A stretch of 64,000 nucleotides of DNA from Bdellovibrionales bacterium (GCA_965197425.1 CBDANC010000015.1:160001-224000); one strand, 5' to 3'; numbered from the stretch's first letter, positions 10,092 through 21,302 are shown. The notes: generated by a model not told the origin, from the letters alone. Made by a program: numbers and translations.

Positions 10092-11070
10092 ATTCGTTAC
10101 CTAGTACTCTTTTTAAATTTTCTGTTTTTATAAAGAAATCTTGTGATAGGTGTACGACATCTTTTACTGTTTTTTGTGCAAAAACTTCTTTTCTAAATTG
10201 TGATGAATCCAGGTATCCTGAAGAAAACCATGTAACAAATTTTTTTAATTGAATTAAAATTAGTCTAGAGGGTAGGTGACATGTCAGTTTTTCATATAAT
10301 TTGTTAAGTAGTATTGTATGGTCTATTGTTTCGTTTTGTTTGTTGTGTAGTAGGTTGTATGACTCCATAAATATTGTTGGTTTTTTTAGTGAGCCTCTTC
10401 CTATCATGATTCCATCGCACTCATAATTTTTAAGATACTGTATTGCTTGATTAGCTGTGGTTATATCTCCGTTTCCTATTATTGGAACTTTGCTATTTTG
10501 TTTTACTAGTTTGATGTAGTCCCAGTTGGCTTTTCCCGAAAATGCTTGTGTTCTGGTTCTGGCGTGTAAGCCTACCCATGCTACGCCTTCGTTATGTGCA
10601 ATGTTACATATTTCTATTGCATTTTTGGATTGTTCATCCCATCCGGATCTAATTTTTATTGTAAGTGGTATTGATATGGATGATTTAACTTTGGCTATTA
10701 GTTTTTTTGTAAGGTTAAGGTCTTTTAGTAGTGCGGAGCCGGAGCCCTTCGAAGTTATTTTTTTAACTGGGCATCCCATGTTTATGTCGATGAAGTCATA
10801 TCCTAGTTGTTCTGATATTTTAGAAGCTTCTGATATTATATTTGGATCGTGACCAAATAGTTGAATTCCAATAGGTGATTGTGTTTTTTCAAAATTAGTA
10901 AGGTTCAGTGTTTTTTTGTCGTTTAGGGCTAGTGCGTGTGCTGATATTAGTTCAGTTATCATAATGTGTGTGTTTAGGTCTTTCATAAATGATCTAAACG
11001 CATTGTCTGTCACACCTGCCATGGGTGCTAGTACGAAGGGATTTTTTTTAAGTTCTGTTACAATATCCAT
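10069..11070 (-). CDS. dusB: tRNA-dihydrouridine synthase
   Basis: LAPMAGVTD, DINMGCP, HARTR, IGNGDI, MIGRG. Subfamily assignment tentative. Confidence 0.9.
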   Translation of the reverse strand: MDIVTELKKNPFVLAPMAGVTDNAFRSFMKDLNTHIMITELISAHALALNDKKTLNLTNFEKTQSPIGIQLFGHDPNIISEASKISEQLGYDFIDINMGCPVKKITSKGSGSALLKDLNLTKKLIAKVKSSISIPLTIKIRSGWDEQSKNAIEICNIAHNEGVAWVGLHARTRTQAFSGKANWDYIKLVKQNSKVPIIGNGDITTANQAIQYLKNYECDGIMIGRGSLKKPTIFMESYNLLHNKQNETIDHTILLNKLYEKLTCHLPSRLILIQLKKFVTWFSSGYLDSSQFRKEVFAQKTVKDVVHLSQDFFIKTENLKRVLGNEFMMSGHG

Positions 11071-11122
11071 GTGCGATCTACTATCTTATGTTTTTTGACA
11101 TTATTTTGTATGTGATATCAAG

Positions 11123-11199
<77 letters not shown>

Positions 11200-11729
11200 A
11201 AAACAAACATTAACTATATGAAAAACAATAACATTTGCAAGTCTCAAAAATAGTCATAAACAGCAACATAGATCCTCAAATACATGACCATAGAATCAAA
11301 AAAAATAGATCTAAATCACAACTAACCATCCTAACATTCGAACCAAAAACACACTCCTAAACTAAAACTTAAACCTCGAGCAAATCTTGGATAAAAGGAA
11401 CTAAAAACAGCTATAACTTCTGTGAAAAACATGAAAATAGCTGTAATTACAGTATGTTATAATAGAACCGAAAGCCTTTAATTTAGAGGGTAAAAAGTAG
11501 TTTTATTGTTAATTGAGTAATAAGAGAATACCAGATAGACAGAACAAATAAGGGTGTGTTCAAACACATGATAATGCTTAGCATCAAAAATTGTGCATTA
11601 TGCGTTTACATTTTCTAACTTTTGTTCATACCATACAGGCTTAGCTAGGGGACTGTTATTGCTGTTGTATTTTATCTAGTGTTGTGTTTATAGTGTCCTT
11701 GCGAAAGAATTGGTAAAGGAGGAGTATTT

Positions 11730-13148
11730 ATGGAGCGATTAAAATTTATTTTCACTACGTTCTCTGTGGTGTTTTTGTTTGCTTTGGTTTCCAATGCACA
11801 AAACGATTCGGCAAATACTGGTGCACAGCCAGAAGCGCCGGCACAAGAGGCACCTGCTGGTGATACGAAGGCCGAGGAAGATCAAAAGATGGATCAAGGC
11901 AAAATGGACCATAGTAAGATGGATCATGGTAAGGATTGCAATTGTAAGGAATGCCGCCGTGGTAAGAAGTCTGCTTGGAAGTGGAAGACTAACACAGATG
12001 TGCGTGTTAACCAGCATTTCAGTGGTAATGACGATGTAACTGCGCTGAACACTTTTTTTGTTAGAGGTATGTTATCTGGTAAGGCAAATGTAGACGATAC
12101 ATTTTACAGTAAAATTAGCTTGTATGGACTATCCGGTTCTTCATCTGGCGAAGACTCTGTGAACCTGTATCAAGCTTGGGTAAAGTGGGCTCCTGATGAA
12201 ATGTTTAGAGTAAAGGCTGGTTTGCTTGATACTTCGTTTTTTGGATACACTGACTTATATAAAGAACGCCCTGACACATTAAAAGGTGCGACGCTTAAGT
12301 TGAAAACTGACTATGCACATATATCCGCATTATATGCCAGATGGCGTGACTCTACTTACTATTCAACGACTGATGAAACTGGACAACCTGTTGGTGGAGA
12401 CACTGATACTCAGCTTGATTATTATGGTTTGAATGTCAAAGTTGCACAACTGCCAGAGTTTGTTAGCAAGATTAAACTGTCGTACTATCTGCAAGCTGGT
12501 GTTGGTGATGAAGATGCTAGGAGTACACTTTCAATAGAGGGTACTGATACAGACCCTGTTAGTCTTGCTGATCGTGCCAGACAAATTCATATGTTTGGAG
12601 GATTGGTTAAAGCTGGCTTAGAAGGATTTAATATAAAAGGAAAATTCTTTTGGCAACAAGGTGAGGACGATCATCAGGCTAATGTAGTTCATGCTAAAGC
12701 TAGCTACACAGCGGCTGAAGCGTTGAATGCTACAGTTTGGGGTGGTTACCACAGGGATTCTCAAGACTTCCAGCCATTCTTCTATAATCAACACAAACTT
12801 GCTGGTTATGGTGACATCTTGGCGTTGGGTAACCTGACTTACTTTGACTTTGGTTTGAAAGTTACTCCTACGGACGGACTTCATGTGGGCGCTGGATACC
12901 ACATCTTTATGAAAACAGATGTAGATTCAGATACCAATTTCTACAACCGACCACATAGCTGGGAGGGAAATGAAGTAGACAGTGGAACTGATGGAAATAT
13001 TGGGCATGAGCTAGATATTTGGGCTAAGAAGAAGTTCAAAAATGGTTTAAGTGCTAAGCTTAGATACGTTAACTTTCAACCTAAAGAAGCACTTACGGTT
13101 GAAGATAGCGACAACAGAGTTGAGTTGAGATTAGTATCTCGATTTTAA
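11730..13148 (+). CDS. Outer-membrane beta-barrel (alginate-export-like porin) with Met/His/Cys-rich N-terminal segment
   Basis: Signal peptide, LYQAWVKW, IGHELDI, C-terminal F, strong AAGGAGGAG SD. Confidence 0.75.
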   Translation: MERLKFIFTTFSVVFLFALVSNAQNDSANTGAQPEAPAQEAPAGDTKAEEDQKMDQGKMDHSKMDHGKDCNCKECRRGKKSAWKWKTNTDVRVNQHFSGNDDVTALNTFFVRGMLSGKANVDDTFYSKISLYGLSGSSSGEDSVNLYQAWVKWAPDEMFRVKAGLLDTSFFGYTDLYKERPDTLKGATLKLKTDYAHISALYARWRDSTYYSTTDETGQPVGGDTDTQLDYYGLNVKVAQLPEFVSKIKLSYYLQAGVGDEDARSTLSIEGTDTDPVSLADRARQIHMFGGLVKAGLEGFNIKGKFFWQQGEDDHQANVVHAKASYTAAEALNATVWGGYHRDSQDFQPFFYNQHKLAGYGDILALGNLTYFDFGLKVTPTDGLHVGAGYHIFMKTDVDSDTNFYNRPHSWEGNEVDSGTDGNIGHELDIWAKKKFKNGLSAKLRYVNFQPKEALTVEDSDNRVELRLVSRF

Positions 13149-13170
13149 CTAAGTAAGACCTTACAAAAGT

Positions 13171-13205
13171 AAATAGCCAGGGGTATAATATCCCTGGCTA
13201 TTTTT
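13171..13205 (+). terminator. Rho-independent terminator
   Basis: AAATAGCCAGGG-loop-CCCTGGCTATTTTT. Confidence 0.85.
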
Positions 13206-13790
13206 ATGCACAGATTTTCTAAAACAGTGATTGCTATTTTTGGTTTAACTATTGGATTAGGTTTTATTTTACTATCAAATCCTCCACATACACCATGTGC
13301 ATCTCAATTAGAACAACTAAAATCTAAATACACACCAGCCTTTATACTAGACACATCTTCTAGATACCAAAAGACAACGGGGTTCAGAAGAGCGTTTTTA
13401 TATTGCAAAGAAGCTAACAGCCCTGGTGGATGTTTTACTCTGTTTCATTCAGTAGAACGCTTGCTTTCAGAATTAACAGCAGTACAAGCTAATTGTTTTG
13501 AACATGTGTCTGGCATTTCAGAATTTAGAGATCCAATGTGGAGTACTGCAACACTTTTGGCAGAGTCAGCTTGGAAGAATCGATCCAACCGTGAGCCATA
13601 TGCATGGCTAGATAGATCACACTTATCTTTGTTTTGTAAAATCAAAAACCATCTTATCAGATTAAATGGACAAACTAGATGGGACAATTTTAGAGAAGAA
13701 ATTCTAAAAACATTGCCTGGCACTGAAAACGTTCAAAGAGCAGAGATTTGGAGAAAGTCAATTTTTGCAATTAATTGTCAGAGAATATAG
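13206..13790 (+). CDS. Hypothetical membrane-anchored Cys-containing protein
   Basis: 194-aa ORF with N-terminal TM, PPHTPC, NSPGGC. Confidence 0.7.
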   Translation: MHRFSKTVIAIFGLTIGLGFILLSNPPHTPCASQLEQLKSKYTPAFILDTSSRYQKTTGFRRAFLYCKEANSPGGCFTLFHSVERLLSELTAVQANCFEHVSGISEFRDPMWSTATLLAESAWKNRSNREPYAWLDRSHLSLFCKIKNHLIRLNGQTRWDNFREEILKTLPGTENVQRAEIWRKSIFAINCQRI

Positions 13791-15146
13791 TTACTTTTTA
13801 TTATTTAAAATTTTGTTGCTAAGTAAGTTTTTTAGATCTTGTAGGTTATTTGAATTATTTGATTCAAATGTGCTTGGTTCAACTACAGGTGTGGGTCCTT
13901 CTGTTATAACTCCTGAAAGAGGGATTCTAGGTTGCATAGCAAGTGCAGCCCATGAGTTGAGTCTGCCAGCAGTTTTGGTTTTTCCTAAAAGGCCTTTTGA
14001 TTGATAACCTTGGGCAGTAGATAGAATCCTGTCTTTCACTTGAAGATAGTCAAAGTTGTTGTGTAAAGAAAAAAGCAATGCTGCAACTCCAGTCACAAAC
14101 GCAGTAGCTTGCGATGTCCCTGTCATAACTCCATAACGATTATTAGGTAAAGTAGATCTAATTTTTGATCCAGGTGCTGCAAGGTGTACTGTTTTTACTC
14201 CCCAATTACTAGATGCTAACACATCAGTATTTGTGTTTATTGCGGTTACTGAAATGATATTGTCCAACTCATAGTTTGCAGGATAGTAATTATCCCTGTC
14301 AGAATTAGATTTTTCGTTACCGGCAGCAGCTATAAATAAAGTTCCTTTGTTTTTTGCATGTTTTATAGCTTCATATTCTTGTTTTGAGAACTCTGTTCCT
14401 CCACCAGAATAGTTTATTATCTGTGCTCCCATCTTAGTGGCATATCTTATCGATTTAATAGTATTTAATAAATTGTTATTATTTTTGGATTTTGGATCAT
14501 AGTACTTTAAAGTCATTATCTTAACTTTTGGAACAACACCGCTTAAACCCACACCATTTCCACCTTCAGCACCAAGTATTCCAGATACATGGGTACCGTG
14601 ACCGTGGTTATCTGTTAGATCATTATTTCCACCAACAAAGTTCCAACCATGAACATCATCAATAAATCCATTACCATCATCATCTATTTTGTTTCTAGAT
14701 CTATCCCTTCCTTTTGAATCTAGTCCACTCTCACCTTTATTAACCCACAGGTTGTTTGTTATATCTTCATGGAGTATGTCTATACCAGTATCTATAACAG
14801 CCACTATCACATCAGAGACCTGTTTCTTTTTTTTGGCTTCCCACCAAATATTCCATGCTCTGGATGCATGTACATGAGAGTTTGAGTGTCTTCCTGTCAG
14901 ACCCCAACTTTTGATTATCTCAGGATCATTTAACTTGTTTTTAACTGATTCATCATTTAAAAGAATGGACTTTTCAATTTTAGTTTTTTTTCTGATATTG
15001 TAAGCGTTACTTAAACTGGTTTGTCTAATAACGCCCTCATTCCTGTTTGCCGAAGGCTCTAAAAAATAAAAGAAAGTTACTGCTATAGATAGCAATACTA
15101 TTATAAACGGTTTGATCTTTTTGGTGGATTTCTTCTTCTTTGCCAT
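13791..15146 (-). CDS. S8 subtilisin-like serine peptidase
   Basis: VAVIDTG, HGHGTHVSG, GTSQAT triad, DDDGNGFIDDVHGWNF. Start taken at MAKKK. Confidence 0.93.
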   Translation of the reverse strand: MAKKKKSTKKIKPFIIVLLSIAVTFFYFLEPSANRNEGVIRQTSLSNAYNIRKKTKIEKSILLNDESVKNKLNDPEIIKSWGLTGRHSNSHVHASRAWNIWWEAKKKKQVSDVIVAVIDTGIDILHEDITNNLWVNKGESGLDSKGRDRSRNKIDDDGNGFIDDVHGWNFVGGNNDLTDNHGHGTHVSGILGAEGGNGVGLSGVVPKVKIMTLKYYDPKSKNNNNLLNTIKSIRYATKMGAQIINYSGGGTEFSKQEYEAIKHAKNKGTLFIAAAGNEKSNSDRDNYYPANYELDNIISVTAINTNTDVLASSNWGVKTVHLAAPGSKIRSTLPNNRYGVMTGTSQATAFVTGVAALLFSLHNNFDYLQVKDRILSTAQGYQSKGLLGKTKTAGRLNSWAALAMQPRIPLSGVITEGPTPVVEPSTFESNNSNNLQDLKNLLSNKILNNKK

Positions 15147-15371
15147 AAACTTACAACCCACCCAAAAGTTCGGTTTTTTTATAAAAAAAGATTAGCTTAT
15201 TTTAAGAGCATCAAATAATAGCTTGTTGGTCAGCTGGTGTGGTTTAAGGTGACACATGCGCAAAGCCCTGCCAAAAAGGCCTTGCGAATTAGATTAGTAT
15301 AACTTTATCCTAGAGTAACAGCGGCACTAGTTAAAAGTGGGTGGCGATAAGAGGTTAGTTAAAGGTGGGCA

Positions 15372-16331
15372 ATGCTTCGTTTTATTGTATTTATGGTTGT
15401 ATGTTTGTTATCTAACTCTGCCAATGCTGCCAGATCAGCAGAGGTGATCACAGATGGTGCCATGGTGTATGAAAAGGCAGACTTTGATTCCACCGTGGTT
15501 GGATATTTGCAAAGAGGCCAAAAAGTTAGAGTATCGAATAGACCAAAAGGGGCTTTTTATAGAGTTCAGTTTTCACAAGGTGTTATAGGATATATCTCGG
15601 ATGTAGATGTGAAAGTCGCGGGTGGAAAAAGCTCAGGGCAAGCGAGTGAAGATGACAATAAATCACGTAAACGCAAAAAAGATAGGAATAAAAAGAAGGA
15701 TCCTGAGCCTAATGAAACAAACAAAGAAGATAATCCTTGGGATGAAGATAGTGCCAAAAGCCCATCTTTCAGTTTTGGTCCTATTGTGTCCTATTTATTT
15801 TCGTACAGTGAAAAACGAGATGATAACCTCGCTGTAGACGATATGAACTTCTTAACCTACGGTCTAAATGTAGGTATACCAATGTTTAGTGGTATATCAT
15901 TGGATATATCAGCACATCTTACTCACTATACATCAAAGTTTGATAAATTTTATGATCAAAGAGGCTATGGGTTAGCATCTGGGAGTGAAAAATTACTTTC
16001 ATTCCCAGCCATGTTTTTGGATCTTGTTTTTACCAGAGTCATTTTTTATGTGTCTCCTAGTTTCGATGTCTCTGCTGGAGTAGGAATAAACTTTCCAATG
16101 CAACGATTGAAAATCACAAGGGAGGTATTCGATGATGAAGGGGATAGCACAACATCGTCTAGTCGTAGAAATTCATCTGATATACCATTAACTAGCGTAA
16201 ACTTAGGTGGAGTTGCGTTCTTAAGCCTAAACTATCATATAAAAAATATTAACTTATTTATAAGGCCTACCTATCGTCACGAGCAGACGATTTACTTTTC
16301 TTTATCTTGTGGGTTAACTTTCTCACTGTAG
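15372..16331 (+). CDS. Secreted SH3b-domain protein with probable C-terminal beta-barrel
   Basis: Signal peptide, VYEKADFDSTVVG...FYRV...GYISD. Overlaps the rluB 3' end by 65 nt. Confidence 0.7.
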   Translation: MLRFIVFMVVCLLSNSANAARSAEVITDGAMVYEKADFDSTVVGYLQRGQKVRVSNRPKGAFYRVQFSQGVIGYISDVDVKVAGGKSSGQASEDDNKSRKRKKDRNKKKDPEPNETNKEDNPWDEDSAKSPSFSFGPIVSYLFSYSEKRDDNLAVDDMNFLTYGLNVGIPMFSGISLDISAHLTHYTSKFDKFYDQRGYGLASGSEKLLSFPAMFLDLVFTRVIFYVSPSFDVSAGVGINFPMQRLKITREVFDDEGDSTTSSSRRNSSDIPLTSVNLGGVAFLSLNYHIKNINLFIRPTYRHEQTIYFSLSCGLTFSL

Positions 16332-17010
16332 GTTTGGTTATCTCCCTTATTCCACCTTTTTTAAGACCTCTTAGCATAAGGGTACCGATTGATATTCTTT
16401 GAATTTTCAAAACATCAAAGCCAATTTTTTCGAACATTCGTTTTATCTGTCTATTTTTTCCCTCTGATATTGTGATCCTTACCCAGTCATTGCCTCCTCT
16501 TTTTCGTTCCAGCTTAGTTGCTTCTTTAGATTTTACCTTGCCTCCTATTATACTAATTCCAGTTTTTAATTTGTTGAGCTGAGCTTGAGTAATTGTGCCC
16601 TTTAATTTTACAAGGTAAGTTTTATCTACACCCCATCTAGGGTGAGCCAGCTTGTTTGCAAACTCACCATCATTGGTCAAAATCATAATTCCTTCAGCAT
16701 CCCAATCAAGCCTACCAACAGGAAATAACCCTTTACCCAAAGTTTTAAAATAATCAAAAACTGTAGGTCTGCCCTTGGGATCAGACATAGTGCTCAAGAC
16801 ATTTTTAGGTTTATTAAAAACATAGTAAGCATAATTTTTTTGAGCTATAGGCTTACCACCTACCTTCACCTTATCTTCACCTGGATTTATTATATGGCCA
16901 AGAGTACTTACAAGCCTCCCATTTACATGTACTTTATTTGACTTTATTAGATCGTCAGCTTTCCTCCTGCTACATACACCGCATAGAGAAATATACCTGT
17001 TTAATCTCAT
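16267..17010 (-). CDS. rluB: rRNA pseudouridine synthase (RsuA/RluB family)
   Basis: MRLNRYIS...SRRKAD S4 domain, FPVGRLD, EGKNRQIKRM. Start ATG 17010 with GAGGAGG upstream. Confidence 0.9.
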   Translation of the reverse strand: MRLNRYISLCGVCSRRKADDLIKSNKVHVNGRLVSTLGHIINPGEDKVKVGGKPIAQKNYAYYVFNKPKNVLSTMSDPKGRPTVFDYFKTLGKGLFPVGRLDWDAEGIMILTNDGEFANKLAHPRWGVDKTYLVKLKGTITQAQLNKLKTGISIIGGKVKSKEATKLERKRGGNDWVRITISEGKNRQIKRMFEKIGFDVLKIQRISIGTLMLRGLKKGGIREITKPTVRKLTHKIKKSKSSARDDR

Positions 17011-17045
17011 TTTTATATTACCAACCTCCTCGTTCTGATGACCTT

Positions 17046-17289
17046 TAGACACTTTTGTCGTATTACACCTTGCAAAGCTGGGCAACTCTAATACTGAAAG
17101 TACCTTGGCTACGCTTGGACTTTGTCCTGCGTTTCGCCTAGGCAACTTTCAGTTTTAGCGAAGACCTTTATGTAACGGGATTAGCATCGTGTCCAAAGCT
17201 GGGCAACTCTAATACTGAAAGTACCTTGGCTACGCTTGGACTTTGTCCTGCGTTTCGCCTAGGCAACTTTCAGTTTTAGCGAAGACCTT
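17046..17289 (+). repeat. Tandem pair of dispersed elements R3 and R4
   Basis: 17073-17168 and 17194-17289 are identical 96-mers with different leaders. End GCGAAGACCTT. Confidence 0.95.
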
Positions 17290-17390
17290 GATAGAACTTA
17301 TTACATGACTTATAGCATCAAGACTTAGTATTTTTACCAAATTTAATAACACAATGGTAGGTTTTAGCACTAGTTTAGTTTTAATAATTA

Positions 17391-17876
17391 GTGGGTGAGC
17401 AAGTGGATTCAGGATTATTTGACTCTGAGGAGCGGTTTGATCATCTAGCTCCTCTTAAATTTGATGGTACTTCTGGTGTAAGTGATGATATCCAGGATGT
17501 AAGAGATTATATTAAATCTGAGGTTTCCAAATTATCTGCTAATAGAAAACAGCTAGTATCTTCCTTGGAAAACAAATTTGGCTCTATTGATAAACAGTTT
17601 GATATTTTGGTTAAAAATATAAACAGGAATTTAAAAAAACTAGAAAGAGCATATAGAGTTTTAAATGAGAAATTAATTAGGCAGGCACGTGAGTTTGAAG
17701 AATTTACTGATAAAATGGAAAGTAGACATAATGCAATGATTGTAGAGTTAGAGAAAAAAAATATTATGTTCAAAAAAATTATAGAAGAGCAGGAAGTAAA
17801 GCTGCATACATCCAACGAAACTTTGAAAAGAGCTCATATGCTCTTAGAGAGAGTGAGTAAAGGACAAACTCAATAA
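17391..17876 (+). CDS. Hypothetical coiled-coil protein
   Basis: 161-aa heptad-rich ORF upstream of sufB. Confidence 0.7.
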   Translation: MGEQVDSGLFDSEERFDHLAPLKFDGTSGVSDDIQDVRDYIKSEVSKLSANRKQLVSSLENKFGSIDKQFDILVKNINRNLKKLERAYRVLNEKLIRQAREFEEFTDKMESRHNAMIVELEKKNIMFKKIIEEQEVKLHTSNETLKRAHMLLERVSKGQTQ

Positions 17877-17925
17877 TTTTGCCTAAATATAGTTAGATAG
17901 TGTAAAGTGATAGCGGGAGATTGCT

Positions 17926-19362
17926 ATGTCTGTTTCTTTGAAAAAAGATGAAACAAATTATAAATATGGCTTTGTTTCGAAAGTTGAATCAGATACCCTT
18001 AAAAAGGGTTTAAACGAAGATGTCGTTCGTCATATTTCCAACAAAAAAAATGAGCCTAAGTTTTTATTAGACTACAGGCTTAAGGCATTCAACTTATGGA
18101 AAAAAATGAAAGAACCCTCTTGGGCTGGTTTAGAATATTCAAAAATAGATTATCAAAACATGAGCTATTATTCTGCGCCCAAATCTAAAGCTAAAGGCCC
18201 TTCATCATTAGGTGAAATTGATCCTGAACTATTAAAAACTTTTGAAAGATTAGGAATACCTTTGAGCGAACAAAAGAGGTTAACAGGTGTTGCTGTTGAT
18301 GTAGTTTTTGATAGTGTGTCAATAGGAACCACTTACCAGAAAGAATTAGAAGAAAGTGGTGTAATATTTTGCTCCTTTTCAGAAGGAGTACAAGATCACC
18401 CTGAACTAATAGAAAAATATTTGAGTAGTGTTGTACCTATTAATGACAATTTTTTTGCTTGTTTAAATTCTGCTGTATTTACTGATGGGTCGTTTTGTTA
18501 TATACCAAAAGGTGTTCGTTGTCCTATGGACTTATCCACTTACTTTAGAATCAATACCAACGAAACAGGCCAATTTGAAAGAACTCTTGTGATTGCGGAA
18601 GAAGGAAGTTTTGTAAATTACCTTGAAGGTTGTACAGCTCCAATGTTTGATAGCAAACAATTACATGCAGCGGTTGTGGAATTAGTAACTCATAAAAATG
18701 CCGAGATTAATTACTCCACAGTACAAAACTGGTACTCAGGAGATAAAGAAGGAAAAGGTGGGGTATATAATTTTGTTACAAAAAGAGGGAAGTGTAAAGG
18801 TGTTGGTTCAAGAATAACTTGGACACAAGTAGAAGCTGGGGCTGCCATCACATGGAAGTATCCTAGTTGCATCTTAGAAGGCGATAACTCTTCAGGAGCT
18901 TTCTACTCTGTTGCGCTTACGAACGGAAAAATGCAAGCAGATACCGGAACAAAAATGATTCATATAGGAAAAAATACAAAGAGTACCATTATATCAAAAG
19001 GTATATCAGCAGATGAATCTGTTAACTCTTATAGAGGCCTGGTAAAAGTTCTACCTGGAGCTACTGGAGCTAGAAACTATTCACAATGTGACTCCATGTT
19101 GGTTGATAAATCAAGTAGAGCTAATACTTATCCATACACAGAAGTAAAAAATAATACAGCTGTACTAGAGCATGAAGCTAGTACAACCAAGATTAGTGAA
19201 GAACAACTCTTTTACTTGCAAAGCAGAGGGTTAAGTATGGAAGAAGCAATATCTGTTTTGGTAAACGGATTTTGTAAAGATATTTTTAAAAAACTCCCAT
19301 TAGAATTTTCAGAAGAAGCGGTAAAACTAATAGAGCTTAAGCTAGAAAACAGTGTTGGATAG
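17926..19362 (+). CDS. sufB: Fe-S cluster assembly protein SufB
   Basis: [29 protein letters not shown]. Confidence 0.97.
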   Translation: MSVSLKKDETNYKYGFVSKVESDTLKKGLNEDVVRHISNKKNEPKFLLDYRLKAFNLWKKMKEPSWAGLEYSKIDYQNMSYYSAPKSKAKGPSSLGEIDPELLKTFERLGIPLSEQKRLTGVAVDVVFDSVSIGTTYQKELEESGVIFCSFSEGVQDHPELIEKYLSSVVPINDNFFACLNSAVFTDGSFCYIPKGVRCPMDLSTYFRINTNETGQFERTLVIAEEGSFVNYLEGCTAPMFDSKQLHAAVVELVTHKNAEINYSTVQNWYSGDKEGKGGVYNFVTKRGKCKGVGSRITWTQVEAGAAITWKYPSCILEGDNSSGAFYSVALTNGKMQADTGTKMIHIGKNTKSTIISKGISADESVNSYRGLVKVLPGATGARNYSQCDSMLVDKSSRANTYPYTEVKNNTAVLEHEASTTKISEEQLFYLQSRGLSMEEAISVLVNGFCKDIFKKLPLEFSEEAVKLIELKLENSVG

Positions 19363-19384
19363 ATTGTTGATGTTGGATAATTAG

Positions 19385-20140
19385 ATGTTGTATGTCAAAG
19401 ATCTGAGTGTAAAGACCGCAGATAGCAATATTTTAAAAGACTTATCTTTGAAGGTAAAAAAAGGAGAGGTACATGCCATAATGGGTCCAAATGGATCTGG
19501 AAAAAGTACTCTTGCCAAAGTTATATCAGGGCACCCAGGATATGAAGTTACAGAAGGAACAATAAAACTAGAAGTCAATAACAAAAAAATAGATTTATTA
19601 GAATTGGATATAGACGAAAGATCAAAAAGAGGTATCTTTACTGCTTTTCAAACTCCTGTCTCAGTATCAAACTTATCTAACTTCAAATTTTTCTATAGTT
19701 TTTTTGAGGCTCACTGTGCATATCAAGGAATAGATGGCATGAGTGAGCCAGACTTTAGAAAACATTTAACAGGTGTGTTAAAAAAGCTAGATGTTGATAA
19801 AGATTTCTTAGAAAGAAATATGAACGAAGGATTTTCTGGAGGAGAACGAAAGAAAAATGAAATCGTACAAATGCTATTGATCAAACCAAGACTTGCCATT
19901 TTAGATGAAATAGATTCTGGACTAGACATAGATTCACTAAAATTAGTAGCAGATTGTATCAATAGTTATCGATCTAATAATAATGCCGTTGTAATGATAA
20001 CTCACTATCAAAGAATTTTGCATCATGTAAAACCTGATTTTGTGCATGTAATATCGGAAGGTAAAATTGTAAAAACTGGTGATATAAGCCTATCATATAA
20101 AGTTGAAGAAAAAGGTTATGACATAATTAGCAAACTATAA
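19385..20140 (+). CDS. sufC: Fe-S assembly ATPase SufC
   Basis: MGPNGSGKST, NEGFSGGERK, LDEIDSGLD, ITHYQR. Confidence 0.97.
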   Translation: MLYVKDLSVKTADSNILKDLSLKVKKGEVHAIMGPNGSGKSTLAKVISGHPGYEVTEGTIKLEVNNKKIDLLELDIDERSKRGIFTAFQTPVSVSNLSNFKFFYSFFEAHCAYQGIDGMSEPDFRKHLTGVLKKLDVDKDFLERNMNEGFSGGERKKNEIVQMLLIKPRLAILDEIDSGLDIDSLKLVADCINSYRSNNNAVVMITHYQRILHHVKPDFVHVISEGKIVKTGDISLSYKVEEKGYDIISKL

Positions 20141-20153
20141 GGAAAACTAAGTT

Positions 20154-21302
20154 TTGAGTTTTATTAAAACAGTAACTGAATTTGTAAGCCCAAATTACAA
20201 AAAGCACCAAGGATCAATGCTTGATTTTCCACCTAAATCAGAAGAATGGAAGTACACTAGGCTTAGTGGTTTAAATAAGTTTAATCCAACAAAAGCTCTG
20301 AGTCTAAAGATTAAGACCAAAACTGAGAATCAAATTATTTTTGAAAACTCTAAATTAACATATAATACAGTCAAAGATATCGGTATTGATGATAAGCCTT
20401 CATCTAAAAATATATCATACAAAAATGATGATGTTTTAAATCAATTAAACCAAATTATATCACAAAATAGTTATCAACTAGATATTGTAAAATCATGTGA
20501 TGAGACAATTAATATTCATTCAGTAGGAGATGCAATATCAGGTTCTAGAATTCATTTAAAAGTTTCATCAAACACTAAAGCAAGTGTATGTTTTAATCCA
20601 GATTCTCTGGGTGTAACATGTAATGTTTTTGCTGTAACACTTGAGGAGGGTAGTACTCTTGATTTTTATAATGTAGAAGATATAAAGGGAACTAATCTTG
20701 ATCAATATATATTTAATGTTTCTAAAAATGCCACCTTGAACTTTATAAATGTTATATCTGGAGCAGGTACTTCAAGATTAAATGGCGTGTTTAATTTAGA
20801 TTTTGAATATGCTACTCTAAATCTGGGATCTATAAGTTGTATTCATGACAAAGCACATGTAGATAATCATTTTTACATACATCATAATGCTCCCAACACT
20901 TATAGCCAAATTGATGTAAGAAGTATTTTATCTGGAACTTCTAAATATATATATAATGGATTAGTTTTTGTAGATGCAAAGTGTGATGGTTCAAACTCAG
21001 ATCAAATAAACCAAAATATTCTGTTAAGCGACTACGCAACAGTAAATGCAAAACCTGAACTTAAAATACTTTCTGATGATGTACAGGCAAATCATGGTTG
21101 TACTACTGGTCGCATTGAAGATGAGGAGTTATTTTATATCTGCACAAGAGGTTTAGATAAAAAAACAGCAAATCGATTGATCCTAGATGGATATATAACT
21201 GGCATTACAAAAAAAATAAACTTTGGCCAAAGAAAATCAATAGATAGTAGATTATTAGGCATTTTAGATAACAATTTGAATGATAACACAATTGGTGTTT
21301 AG
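20154..21302 (+). CDS. sufD: Fe-S assembly protein SufD
   Basis: EEWKYT, KPELKILSDDVQANHG, operon position. Confidence 0.9.
   Translation: MSFIKTVTEFVSPNYKKHQGSMLDFPPKSEEWKYTRLSGLNKFNPTKALSLKIKTKTENQIIFENSKLTYNTVKDIGIDDKPSSKNISYKNDDVLNQLNQIISQNSYQLDIVKSCDETINIHSVGDAISGSRIHLKVSSNTKASVCFNPDSLGVTCNVFAVTLEEGSTLDFYNVEDIKGTNLDQYIFNVSKNATLNFINVISGAGTSRLNGVFNLDFEYATLNLGSISCIHDKAHVDNHFYIHHNAPNTYSQIDVRSILSGTSKYIYNGLVFVDAKCDGSNSDQINQNILLSDYATVNAKPELKILSDDVQANHGCTTGRIEDEELFYICTRGLDKKTANRLILDGYITGITKKINFGQRKSIDSRLLGILDNNLNDNTIGV

Noticed and set aside
11070..11097. dif site (GTGCG...TTATGTT)
   Set aside because: Poor match to both Xer arms, and it lies over the dus translation start region.
17073..17168. 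HDV-like ribozyme (GCTGGGCAAC, variable hairpin and GCGAA resemble the HDV P1.1/P4/J4-2 layout)
   Set aside because: I could not form P1, P2 and P3 with any leader, and GCGAA is not conserved across copies. An RNArobo/Infernal search or a co-transcriptional cleavage assay would settle it.
17040..17289. CRISPR array
   Set aside because: The repeat is 96 nt with only two units, the leaders resemble those of other copies, and no cas genes are present.
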